A DNA stretch of 32,000 nt from Erysipelothrix inopinata (GCF_014396165.1 NZ_CP060715.1:1200001-1232000), one strand, 5' to 3'. Shown: positions 17,622-26,300, counted from the first letter of the stretch. Made by a program: numbers and translations. The notes: generated by a model from the sequence alone, not told the origin.

Positions 17622-18409
17622 AGTAGATCATGACGGTATAGGTAAATGACGGTGATAACCGTAATACTTAAACTCATGATAAAGACAATCAGTAACGCAT
17701 GAGGATGATCTTGAAAAGGGAGATTGATATTCATACCATAAAAACTTGTGATAAAAGTTGGAATGGAGAGAATTAAGGTTATTGATGTGAGTGTCTTCAT
17801 CGTTTTATTAAGCTTGTTAGAAAAAAGTGAATCCGAAACATTCATCATTGAATCAATAATCTGTTGATACATTTCAATGTTTTGATCCAATTGATTAATT
17901 TCAATTCGAATATTGGTGAAGTCACTCGCGTAAGTTTCATTCCAAAGTGGTGTATATTTTTCCTCGGTAATATATCGTGATATATCTCCAATTGCGTTTA
18001 TTCCCGTTTGATAAAAAATAAGTTTGCGACTCATGCCAAAAAAGTTTTTAATATTTTCTTTTGATATTCCCGAATCCATAATATTTTCAAAATGGTCAAT
18101 TCTTTGACTAATATCATTAATTAAATGTTCATATGTTTTGAGAATACTTAAAACAAGTTCTGGGAATGAATCAGGCTTTTGGTGGAGCAGATTGTCAAGG
18201 TTCTCTTTGACATAAACAGTTATTTCAGTTCCATCTGTTTCAACACAGAGGCGTTCTGTTGCAGTCTCATCTTTAGGGACGGTAAGAATAATATATGTTT
18301 TTGAGTCCAAGGATCGAATGTGAGCAAGCTCACGGCGGTCAGTTAAAGATTCAATAACATATTTAGGTAAATTAAGGTTCTGGGGGTCATTGTAACGAAT
18401 ATAGTTCAT
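17618..18409 (-). CDS. CorA-family divalent cation (Mg2+/Co2+) transporter
   Basis: 263 aa. Soluble N-terminal domain and two C-terminal TM helices joined by the signature FYGMNINLPF (GMN motif). SD AGGAGAG upstream. Confidence 0.85.
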   Translation of the reverse strand: MNYIRYNDPQNLNLPKYVIESLTDRRELAHIRSLDSKTYIILTVPKDETATERLCVETDGTEITVYVKENLDNLLHQKPDSFPELVLSILKTYEHLINDISQRIDHFENIMDSGISKENIKNFFGMSRKLIFYQTGINAIGDISRYITEEKYTPLWNETYASDFTNIRIEINQLDQNIEMYQQIIDSMMNVSDSLFSNKLNKTMKTLTSITLILSIPTFITSFYGMNINLPFQDHPHALLIVFIMSLSITVITVIYLYRHDLL

Positions 18410-18458
18410 AATGTCTCTCCTGTTCTTTAACTTAATTTTAACTGAAATACGAAGAGAA

Positions 18459-18488
18459 TTGAAATATAATTATAAAATTAGATATAAT
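18459..18488 (+). promoter_or_regulatory. Promoter of the Bce-type two-component operon
   Basis: TTGAAA (18459-18464), 18 nt, TATAAT (18483-18488). Confidence 0.5.
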
Positions 18489-18511
18489 GTGTGTAGCAAG
18501 GAGTGATTGCG

Positions 18512-19186
18512 ATGTATAAAATAATGATTGTGGAAGATGATGAAACTATCCGCACAGAGCTCAGTACATTTTTAGAAAATAATGGTTATGAAACTTATTG
18601 TGTAACCGATTTTAAAACTGTGGTGGAGCAAGTAACCCAAGAAGCAGTAGACTGCATTCTTTTAGATTTGTCTTTGCCAAATGTAGATGGATATTATTTA
18701 GCTCGAGAAATAAGAAAAATAAGTAGTGTTCCCATTGTCGTTGTGACAAGTAGAAACAGTACAATGGATGAATTGATGTCGATGAATTTGGGAGCAGATG
18801 ATTTCATCACCAAACCCTATAATTTGCATATTCTACTCGCACGTCTTCAATCTGTATTGCGTCGCGCATATGAAACGGGAGAATCCCAAGTTTTAATATT
18901 AAAAGGGGTTGAACTTGACTTGCCACGTGGAATTGTAACCTATCAAGGGCAAAAACAAGAACTCACTAAAAATGAACTAAGAATTCTCTCTTTTCTCATC
19001 AGTAATCGTGGAAGTATTGTTTCGCGTCAAGATTTAATGCAGTATCTCTGGAATACAGACTGGTTTGTTGATGATAATACATTGACTGTGAATATTAACC
19101 GACTTCGAAAAAAATTAGAAGAAATTGGCGTCGTTGATTTCATTGAAACCAAACGTGGTATGGGGTATACCATTCATGAAGATTAA
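18512..19186 (+). CDS. OmpR-family response regulator, BceR-like
   Basis: 224 aa from ATG 18512 (SD AAGGAG spaced 8 nt). Receiver MIVEDDE...LLDLSLPNVDG and a winged-helix C-terminus (TLTVNINRLRKKLE). Context: next to an intramembrane-sensing kinase and BceAB-type transporter genes. Confidence 0.85.
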   Translation: MYKIMIVEDDETIRTELSTFLENNGYETYCVTDFKTVVEQVTQEAVDCILLDLSLPNVDGYYLAREIRKISSVPIVVVTSRNSTMDELMSMNLGADDFITKPYNLHILLARLQSVLRRAYETGESQVLILKGVELDLPRGIVTYQGQKQELTKNELRILSFLISNRGSIVSRQDLMQYLWNTDWFVDDNTLTVNINRLRKKLEEIGVVDFIETKRGMGYTIHED

Positions 19187-20186
19187 AGATTTTATTCACG
19201 ACAAGCTCTATTTATGCGTCCTTGTTTTGGGAATCATGGGAATCCTGACTTTTTTTCTTGCAGTCTTGGGAATACAAAAAGAAATCATTATCATTATTGA
19301 TGCATTCCTCATCCTAATTCTCGTAACGGTACTTGTTACCGAATATGGAAGACGTGCTGCTTACTATCAGGAATTACTATCAAACCTTGAAACATTGGAT
19401 CAAAAGTATCTTATTTCAGAGCTTGTTCAGATTCCGAATTTTATGGATGGCGTCATCCTGCATGATATTCTTAAACAAAGTAACAAATCAATGGTGGATC
19501 AAGTCCGAACGTATCAAACTTTACAAGAAGACTATAAAGAATATATTGAATTATGGATCCATGAAGTGAAAACGCCTTTGTCAGGTGCTAAATTAATGGT
19601 TTCCAATCATCCATCATCGTTTGATAAAGATTTGATGCGAGAATTAAACCGAGTCGAAGATTATTTAGAACAGGCATTATTTTATGCTCGATCAAATGCT
19701 GTGGAAAAAGATTATATGATTCAGGCTGTGAACCTCGGAATGTATGTTCGTAATGTGATGAAACAGTTCGCAAGTATTTTTATTCAGAAGCAGGTTCATC
19801 TTGAACTGGAGGATTTAGATTGCACAGTCTATAGTGATCCAAAATGGTTGGAATTTATTTTAAAACAAATTGTTGATAATGCGCTAAAATATGTTTCCAC
19901 TGAAACGGGTTCAATTCGCATTTATGCACAAGAAAAAGAACAAAGTGTTGTCCTTAATATTATCGATAATGGACCTGGAATTCCATCAAGTGACTTACCA
20001 CGAGTTTTTGAACGGGGATTCACAGGAAGTTTGGGACGCTATCACAAGCAAGCTACAGGTATGGGATTATTCCTCGTAAAAAGACTTTGTGATAAACTGG
20101 AGATTGAAATTAAAATTGAGTCAGAAATAGGCGTTGGCACTTCAGTTCAACTTATCTTCCCCAAATCAGACATGATGTTCAAGTAG
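19176..20186 (+). CDS. Intramembrane-sensing histidine kinase, BceS-like
   Basis: 336 aa from ATG 19176, overlapping the response regulator stop by 11 nt. Two TM helices with almost no extracellular loop, H-box ELWIHEVKTPLSG, N-box DNALKY, G-box DNGPGI. Confidence 0.85.
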   Translation: MKIKDFIHDKLYLCVLVLGIMGILTFFLAVLGIQKEIIIIIDAFLILILVTVLVTEYGRRAAYYQELLSNLETLDQKYLISELVQIPNFMDGVILHDILKQSNKSMVDQVRTYQTLQEDYKEYIELWIHEVKTPLSGAKLMVSNHPSSFDKDLMRELNRVEDYLEQALFYARSNAVEKDYMIQAVNLGMYVRNVMKQFASIFIQKQVHLELEDLDCTVYSDPKWLEFILKQIVDNALKYVSTETGSIRIYAQEKEQSVVLNIIDNGPGIPSSDLPRVFERGFTGSLGRYHKQATGMGLFLVKRLCDKLEIEIKIESEIGVGTSVQLIFPKSDMMFK

Positions 20187-20214
20187 CCTTACAGAGATGT
20201 AAGGTCTTTTTTTA
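20187..20214 (+). terminator. Intrinsic terminator after the BceS-like gene
   Basis: ccttaca (20187-20193), loop gaga, tgtaagg (20198-20204), then tc and T7. Confidence 0.6.
20189..20202. promoter_or_regulatory. BceR-type inverted-repeat box (TTACA-gaga-TGTAA) inside the terminator stem
   Basis: Fits the TNACA-N4-TGTAA motif I recall for BceR-like regulators. Lies 24 nt upstream of TATAAT (20227-20232). The -35 position is poor (gtcttt), as expected for an activator-dependent promoter. Confidence 0.5.
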
Positions 20215-20246
20215 TATGAATTCGGTTATAATACCAATAGGTGATC

Positions 20247-22199
20247 ATGATGAATACATTGAAACTAGCTATGAGAAATGTAAAGAAAAGTTATAAAGAA
20301 TTTGCAGTTTATTTTGTAACGCTTCTTTTTTCTGTGGCTCTTTTTTATGTATTTGGCTCTGTTGATTCTCAAATATCATTATTAAGTACTACAATTGATA
20401 ATCATGGAGCAGTCACAGATGTCATGATGGTCATGCAGGTTCTTTCCTATTTTGTCATTTTTATTTTTGCATTCCTAATCATTTACGCGAATAAGTTTTT
20501 AATTAAAAGACGTAAGAAGGAGTTCGGTACCTATCTTCTCTTAGGGATGTCTCATTTTAAAATATCTTGGGTAGTTATTATAGAAACGGCTTTAATTGGA
20601 ATGCTCTCATTGATCTTTGGGTTGATGCTAGGGATTGTGATATCTCAATTTGCTTCTGTTTTCGCAGCATATATTCTTAATACCTCGATCACATTTGAAT
20701 TCATTTTCTCAATGAAAAGTTTACGTAATACCATCGTATGTTATGCCGTTGTATTTGCGTTGGTTAGTGTTTTTAACTTAAAAACGCTTCGCAAATATAG
20801 CATCTCCGATTTGCTAATTGCACATCGGAAGTCAGACACTTTTAGAAAATCGATTTTGTGGTTGTTGTTGGTGCTATCAGTTGGCGTATTACTTGTATAT
20901 ATTGCGTATAGATGGGCTATGGTTCCTTTCCATTTATTGGTAGCATTTCCTTTAATTTTTTTTATTGGATCTGTTGGAACATTCTTTATATTCTATGCAG
21001 TTGCGCATCTATTTATTGTCGTAATTCAGAAGTTTAAAAGATATTATTACAGGGAGTTGAATGTATTTATTCTTCGTCAATTCAGTTCAAAAATAATATC
21101 ATCCTATAAAATGATGGCCACTGTATGTTTGTTAATGTTGACGTCACTCGCCGCTTTTATCGTTGGCTTTAATTTAAACAAAGTTTTAGAACAACAAGCT
21201 GAAATATCAGGATATTATGATATTTCTCTAGAGTTATCAGAAACATACTATGAGAGATTAGAAAATGAATACAGCCAATTGATTGATAGTTTAGATTACT
21301 ATCATACGTATGAATCCGATGTATCACAACAGGATTTATTCACAACGAGTGAGGGGATTATTGTTGATCGCGATATTGCGATGATGAGACTTAGTGACTA
21401 CAATCGTATTACGTCTGAAAGAAACATTCCAAGCATTCATCTTGGTGAATCGGAAGTTTATTTACACCATAGTGATGTGGAAATGGGAGCACAAATAAAA
21501 GATTTGAAAATAACCTCAGGAACAAAGATTGAAATTTTCGGGAGTACATTTGAGTTTATTACTGATTCTTCGGGTAATGACTTCAAATTAAGTAATGGTG
21601 GTATTGATGAATTGATTTTTGTAGTTGATGATGCGGTTATGGATGAATGGTCAAATGATGACATGCTTACCTTTAGACGAGAAGTTATAAATATAAAGAT
21701 TAAAGATGATGTTGATGCCATCCAGTTAAAGAGTGACTTTATACTTGATAATAATGAGAATGAATTTACGTTTGTGACAACCCGTCAAGAAGTTTTGGAG
21801 ACTTCATGGCAAATGAGACTCTTTATTACCTATGTTTGTGTATATTTAGGAGTAGTGTTCTTAATATGTGCCATGGTACTTATTGCTTTACAAGTTATGT
21901 CAGAAGTAAACGATTCAATCGATCAGTATCGTATTCTCGCTGATATGGGAGTGAGTGATGATCAAATTAGTCATATCCTTCGTAAACATGTAGCAATTTA
22001 TTTCTTATTACCGTTAATGGTGGCATTGATTCATGCAACAGTCGGTGTTACGGCAGTGAATATGAACTTAGCAATTCTTAACTTGGCTCCAAGAGAAATG
22101 AATACCGCTGCGATTACGCTTGTTCTCTTCTTATTCATCTACTTTGTTTACTATACGCTAACGATGTTTAATGCGATGAGAATTCTTAAACAACGATAA
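20247..22199 (+). CDS. BceB-type ABC transporter permease (FtsX-domain, 10-TM with a large extracellular domain), no adjacent ATPase gene
   Basis: About 650 aa; start is ATG 20247 or 20250 after SD aggtga. The N-terminus [32 protein letters not shown] is paralogous to the permease at 23789. Uninterrupted full-length ORF. Confidence 0.85.
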   Translation: MMNTLKLAMRNVKKSYKEFAVYFVTLLFSVALFYVFGSVDSQISLLSTTIDNHGAVTDVMMVMQVLSYFVIFIFAFLIIYANKFLIKRRKKEFGTYLLLGMSHFKISWVVIIETALIGMLSLIFGLMLGIVISQFASVFAAYILNTSITFEFIFSMKSLRNTIVCYAVVFALVSVFNLKTLRKYSISDLLIAHRKSDTFRKSILWLLLVLSVGVLLVYIAYRWAMVPFHLLVAFPLIFFIGSVGTFFIFYAVAHLFIVVIQKFKRYYYRELNVFILRQFSSKIISSYKMMATVCLLMLTSLAAFIVGFNLNKVLEQQAEISGYYDISLELSETYYERLENEYSQLIDSLDYYHTYESDVSQQDLFTTSEGIIVDRDIAMMRLSDYNRITSERNIPSIHLGESEVYLHHSDVEMGAQIKDLKITSGTKIEIFGSTFEFITDSSGNDFKLSNGGIDELIFVVDDAVMDEWSNDDMLTFRREVINIKIKDDVDAIQLKSDFILDNNENEFTFVTTRQEVLETSWQMRLFITYVCVYLGVVFLICAMVLIALQVMSEVNDSIDQYRILADMGVSDDQISHILRKHVAIYFLLPLMVALIHATVGVTAVNMNLAILNLAPREMNTAAITLVLFLFIYFVYYTLTMFNAMRILKQR

Positions 22200-22202
22200 A
22201 AA

Positions 22203-22221
22203 AAGAGTACTGTGTACTCTT
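22203..22221. terminator. Hairpin between convergent genes (stronger for the minus-strand gene)
   Basis: aagagtac (22203-22210), loop tgt, gtactctt (22214-22221). The A7 run upstream gives a U-tract on the minus strand. Confidence 0.5.
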
Positions 22222-22223
22222 AA

Positions 22224-22754
22224 TTATTTATACATGATGAAATGATGTTCGCCGTTGTCATTGAAGAATTGATGACGGATGGTATAACCGAAAGGTTGAT
22301 AGTCTGAGACCTCGTCAATTGAATGAGCGGAGAGAACAATGTGATTGTTTCGAGAATCAGCAGTATTTTGAATAAAATTCATAACTGAGCTCAAATCATT
22401 TTCATTGTCTGTATTCAAAACAATCTTCATAATATAAGTATATGGAATTTCAGTATTAAAGAGTTCATCGTAGTCGAATTGATCTTTAAAGCGCTTGAAG
22501 GTCTTCATGAAACGAATTGGGTGCATGATACATAGGCTTGCCCAAGATTGAAAGAGTTTTCCTTTTTCAGGGAATTCATCATGATACATGATGAGGTAAG
22601 TATTATCACCTTCAGCATATAAGATTTCTTCCTCAATACAGTGTTCTAAAAAACGCGTAATAAAAGAACGACTCAGGGGGTCTTCGTCTTCAGAGAATGA
22701 TTCCAGTAAGTTATTAATAGTATTTTGATTGTTTTGATTCGTAATGGGTCGCAT
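22224..22754 (-). CDS. Hypothetical cytoplasmic protein, 176 aa, family not recognised
   Basis: Strong SD AGAGGAGG 4 nt from the ATG. Own promoter TTGCTT (22805-22800), 17 nt, TACAAT (22782-22777). Asn/Gln-rich N-terminus, acidic overall. Beta-strand-like segments (YLIMYHDE, YTYIMKIVL, HIVLSAHS, HHFIMYK) but no diagnostic motif. Confidence 0.7.
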   Translation of the reverse strand: MRPITNQNNQNTINNLLESFSEDEDPLSRSFITRFLEHCIEEEILYAEGDNTYLIMYHDEFPEKGKLFQSWASLCIMHPIRFMKTFKRFKDQFDYDELFNTEIPYTYIMKIVLNTDNENDLSSVMNFIQNTADSRNNHIVLSAHSIDEVSDYQPFGYTIRHQFFNDNGEHHFIMYK

Positions 22755-22807
22755 AGTGCCTCCTCTATAATGATATATTGTAGAATAAATTCAAACAGAA
22801 AGCAATA

Positions 22808-22821
22808 TGACAAGCTTGTAA
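22808..22821. promoter_or_regulatory. Second BceR-type box (TGACA-agct-TGTAA), followed by GTAAG repeats
   Basis: Matches TNACA-N4-TGTAA. It is followed by TGTAAGgtaagTGTAAG, a possible secondary half-site at 22828-22833. It sits 2 bp from the -35 of the minus-strand 176-aa gene promoter and 44 nt upstream of a plus-strand TATACT (22866-22871). Confidence 0.5.
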
Positions 22822-22894
22822 GGTAAGTGTAAGAAGAATCGATGGTTTGAAAAGTCGATAAAAACTATACTTGAGTTACAAGGAGGCGGTAGTT

Positions 22895-23017
22895 ATGAAA
22901 AACAACGTCAATAAATATGAAGAAATGGAAGCACTATACTTCGAGTTTTGGAATAACATGGAGGAAGATCAAATGGTATTGATGGAGTTATCAGGTACCT
23001 TCTTCCCAGGAATTTAA
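22895..23017 (+). CDS. Candidate 40-aa acidic small protein, first gene of the ATPase-permease operon (MKNNVNKYEEMEALYFEFWNNMEEDQMVLMELSGTFFPGI)
   Basis: Below the track cut-off. AAGGAGG (22880-22886) is spaced 8 nt from the ATG at 22895. TAA at 23015-23017 lies 14 nt before the ATPase ATG. No TM segment or signal peptide. Confidence 0.4.
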   Translation: MKNNVNKYEEMEALYFEFWNNMEEDQMVLMELSGTFFPGI

Positions 23018-23031
23018 TAAAGGAGAAATAT

Positions 23032-23799
23032 ATGTCAACAGTATTAGATGTACAAAATATAGAAAAATATTACGGTAAAAGCGGCAACATCACAAAAGCA
23101 TTGGATGGCGTTTCATTCAAAATTGAAGAGGGTGAGTTTGTCGGAATTATGGGACCTTCAGGTTCTGGTAAGACAACATTGTTGAATTGTATCTCAACGA
23201 TTGATACGGTTACAAGTGGACACATTATTGTCAGCAACAATAATATTACAAATCTAAAGAAAGATCGTCTTCAAAAATTCAGACGTGAACAATTGGGTTT
23301 CATCTTCCAAGATTTTAATTTGTTAGATACATTAACGGCATATGAAAATATTGCACTTGCACTGACAATTCAAAATGTAAATTATAAAGAAGTGAATCAT
23401 CGTATCCATGAAGTTGCGAAACTATTGGATATTGAAGACGTCTTACAAAAATTCCCATATCAAATGTCGGGTGGGCAACAACAACGTGTTGCGAGTGCTC
23501 GTGCCTTGATTACAAATCCAAGCCTTATTCTTGCTGATGAGCCTACAGGAGCTCTTGACTCGAAATCAAGCCGTATGTTACTGGAAAAACTTCAAGAATT
23601 AAATGAGGAACAAAATGCAACGATCATGATGGTTACGCATGATGCATTCAGTGCAAGTTATGCAAATCGTATTCTCTTCATCAAAGATGGAAAAATATTT
23701 AATGAACTTGTAAAAGGTAATGATTCACGTAAAGAATTTTTTGACAAGATAATCGATGTTGTCACCTTATTAGGAGGCGATGCATCAAATGTACTTTAA
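23032..23799 (+). CDS. BceA-type ABC transporter ATP-binding protein
   Basis: 255 aa. Walker [11 protein letters not shown]-loop, signature MSGGQQQRV, Walker [10 protein letters not shown]-loop VTHD. SD aaggag upstream. Confidence 0.9.
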   Translation: MSTVLDVQNIEKYYGKSGNITKALDGVSFKIEEGEFVGIMGPSGSGKTTLLNCISTIDTVTSGHIIVSNNNITNLKKDRLQKFRREQLGFIFQDFNLLDTLTAYENIALALTIQNVNYKEVNHRIHEVAKLLDIEDVLQKFPYQMSGGQQQRVASARALITNPSLILADEPTGALDSKSSRMLLEKLQELNEEQNATIMMVTHDAFSASYANRILFIKDGKIFNELVKGNDSRKEFFDKIIDVVTLLGGDASNVL

Positions 23800-25771
23800 A
23801 CTTGCGATGCGAAATGTTAAGAAAAGTTATAAAGACTTCTTTATATATTTTATCACCTTAACATTTTCGGTATCATTATTCTACGTCTTTAATTCATTTG
23901 AAAATCAAGCAGCAATTATGGAATTATCCGAAGGCCAAAATATGATGGTAAAGGCTCTGACAACAGTCATGAGTGTTATGTCGGTAATTGTTGCTTTTGT
24001 TTTCGCCTTTTTGATCCTTTATGCGAATAGTTTTCTAATAAAACGTCGTAAAAAAGAGCTGGGACTTTATACACTCTTAGGGATGCAAAAGAAAAAAATA
24101 TCACTGATTCTTATTACAGAAACGCTATTTATTGGTGTTATCTCACTGGTAACTGGACTGTTACTGGGTTATGTACTAACTCAAGGAGTTACTGTATTAA
24201 GTGCTCATATGATGGCAGTTAATATAAATTATAAGTTTGTCTTCTCGTTAAGCGCTACTGTTAAAACAATCTTAAGCTTTGGAGTAATCTTCTTAATCGT
24301 TATGATATTTAATCAAACAATATTAGGGAAATTTCAACTCATTGACTTACTTCGTGCCAATCGAATTAACGAAGAAAGTAGTATTAAAAGAATGTGGGTT
24401 GCAGTTGTATTCTTCATTATTGGAGTGATAGGACTTGGTGCAGCATATCGTTGGGCGCTTGAACCACAACAGTTAATTATGAGTTTGGGACCTATTGTAT
24501 TATTAGGGAGTGTTTCAACATTCATTATCTTTAAGTCATTCTCTGGATTTTTACTGAAGTTCATGCAAACGAACAAACGTCATTACTTTAAAGGTCTGAA
24601 TATGTTTGTATTGAGACAAGTGAGTGCTAAAGTTAACTCAACATATAAAATGATGGCATTGATTAGTTTGATGTTGTTGTTTGGTATCGGAACATTGGTA
24701 ACTGGATTTAATCTAAACTCAGTTATGAATTCACAATTAGAAGCTACGACACCATACGACCTTACAACCTCTGTGATGCAAACAACAGATCCTCAATCAG
24801 ACGTAATGTCAAAAATTGGTATCAATAGCATTGAAGGCGTTAAACACGCACAACAACTTGAAATCATCGGTATTGGCTTAGATACATCCATCTTCAATGA
24901 TTCATTAAAACCAGGCAAAGAGTTTGGCTTTGATTCTTCAGTATCATTTGCAAAATTAAGTCAATACAATCAATTTAGACAACATGCTAATAAAGAACCA
25001 CTTGTCTTAACAGGTAACCAAGTCTATTTACACAAAACAGGAATGGAATCACAAATGAGCATGTCCAATGTTCATGAGATTGTGGATCTTGATAAAGCGC
25101 ATGTTACCATCAATAATGCTGAATATTCAATTTTACATGATGATCAAACACTCGCTGTACAAAATGGCGGCTTTATGGAAACCTTATTTATTGTGAATGA
25201 CGATGTGTATGAATCCATGAGACCATCTGTTGATTATATTAATACAGTCGTGGCGGTAGACTTAGAAGAAGAAAATAATAGTAAAGTTGAATCTACTTTA
25301 AACCAACGTTTTGAAGCACTTGTAGGTGAAAATGGTCATGTGTACAGTCTCTCATCAAAAGATATGATTGAAAACATGCAAGGTATTGAGCTTATGTTTA
25401 CTTACATTGGACTATACTTGGGAGTTGTCTTCTTGGTAAGTAGTGTTGTTGTCTTAGCACTTCAACAAATCTCTGAAGCAAGCGACAACCAACAACGCTA
25501 TCAAATTCTTAACAAAATTGGTGTTGAAGAGAAGATGAGCAATCGTTCCATCTTCAAACAGAATGCTATGTATTTTATGATTCCTCTCGTCGTTGCTTTA
25601 GTCCACTCTTATGTCGGAATTAAAGCTGTAAATATTAACTTGAATCTTGCTGGACTTGCACCCACAACATTACAACCAGCAATTATTACAATGACTATGG
25701 TACTCTCGATCTATCTCATTTATTTTGTTATTACCTACATGACAAGTAAATCAATTATCAAAGGTAAGTAA
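23789..25771 (+). CDS. BceB-type ABC transporter permease (FtsX-domain, large extracellular domain)
   Basis: About 660 aa from ATG 23789. The track ATG at 23780 is only 2 nt from SD AGGAGG. Overlaps the ATPase stop. [34 protein letters not shown]. Confidence 0.85.
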   Translation: MYFKLAMRNVKKSYKDFFIYFITLTFSVSLFYVFNSFENQAAIMELSEGQNMMVKALTTVMSVMSVIVAFVFAFLILYANSFLIKRRKKELGLYTLLGMQKKKISLILITETLFIGVISLVTGLLLGYVLTQGVTVLSAHMMAVNINYKFVFSLSATVKTILSFGVIFLIVMIFNQTILGKFQLIDLLRANRINEESSIKRMWVAVVFFIIGVIGLGAAYRWALEPQQLIMSLGPIVLLGSVSTFIIFKSFSGFLLKFMQTNKRHYFKGLNMFVLRQVSAKVNSTYKMMALISLMLLFGIGTLVTGFNLNSVMNSQLEATTPYDLTTSVMQTTDPQSDVMSKIGINSIEGVKHAQQLEIIGIGLDTSIFNDSLKPGKEFGFDSSVSFAKLSQYNQFRQHANKEPLVLTGNQVYLHKTGMESQMSMSNVHEIVDLDKAHVTINNAEYSILHDDQTLAVQNGGFMETLFIVNDDVYESMRPSVDYINTVVAVDLEEENNSKVESTLNQRFEALVGENGHVYSLSSKDMIENMQGIELMFTYIGLYLGVVFLVSSVVVLALQQISEASDNQQRYQILNKIGVEEKMSNRSIFKQNAMYFMIPLVVALVHSYVGIKAVNINLNLAGLAPTTLQPAIITMTMVLSIYLIYFVITYMTSKSIIKGK

Positions 25772-25840
25772 AATTTCTAATTCGAGAGTGGTAATATTCC
25801 AACATTATGATAATATATTATAGGTTGGAAGGAGATTGAA

Positions 25841-26281
25841 ATGAAAAAATTAGGAATGTTATTAATGGCTTTTGTCCTTGTAGGATGCTCTTCATCAAAA
25901 GATGTAAGTATGACTGCAGAATCAGAAACATTAAAGAGTGATGTTACTCTTAAAGTTAAGGATGACAAAGTTGTGGGATGGACTGAAAAAGATGTAATTC
26001 CAATGTCAAAAGAGGAACTTGACAAGTCTTATGGAAGTCTATACGCACAATTTGCAAATTCAAAACAAGTACCGGGAGTTACATTTGAATATGATCATAA
26101 TGGTAAAGAAGTTGTGATTAATATCGATGTAGACTTTAGTAAAACAGAGGGCGAAATTGTTAAGGACTACTATAGCTATCTTGAAAATTCTGCAACAAGT
26201 TTAATCTTTAAATCAGAAGATAAAGGTGTTTCAGTAATTAAAGAACTTCTAGAATCACAAGGAAGTTACAAAACTAAGTAG
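25841..26281 (+). CDS. Small lipoprotein (possibly DUF1307/YehR-like)
   Basis: MKKLGMLLMAFVLVGCSSS lipobox. 146 aa. SD ggaaggag. No terminator separates it from the upstream permease. Confidence 0.75.
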   Translation: MKKLGMLLMAFVLVGCSSSKDVSMTAESETLKSDVTLKVKDDKVVGWTEKDVIPMSKEELDKSYGSLYAQFANSKQVPGVTFEYDHNGKEVVINIDVDFSKTEGEIVKDYYSYLENSATSLIFKSEDKGVSVIKELLESQGSYKTK

Positions 26282-26300
26282 TCAAAGACCTATATCAATA

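Noticed and set aside
20247-22199. The solo BceB-type permease as a pseudogene or fragment
   Set aside because: The ORF is full length (about 650 aa), uninterrupted, collinear with its paralogue from N- to C-terminus, and has its own SD, -10 element and regulator box.
22224-22754. Calling the 176-aa protein a GNAT acetyltransferase
   Set aside because: There is only a vague strand-pattern resemblance. The acetyl-CoA-binding Q/R-x-x-G-x-G/A loop is absent, so the assignment cannot be supported without a profile or structure search.
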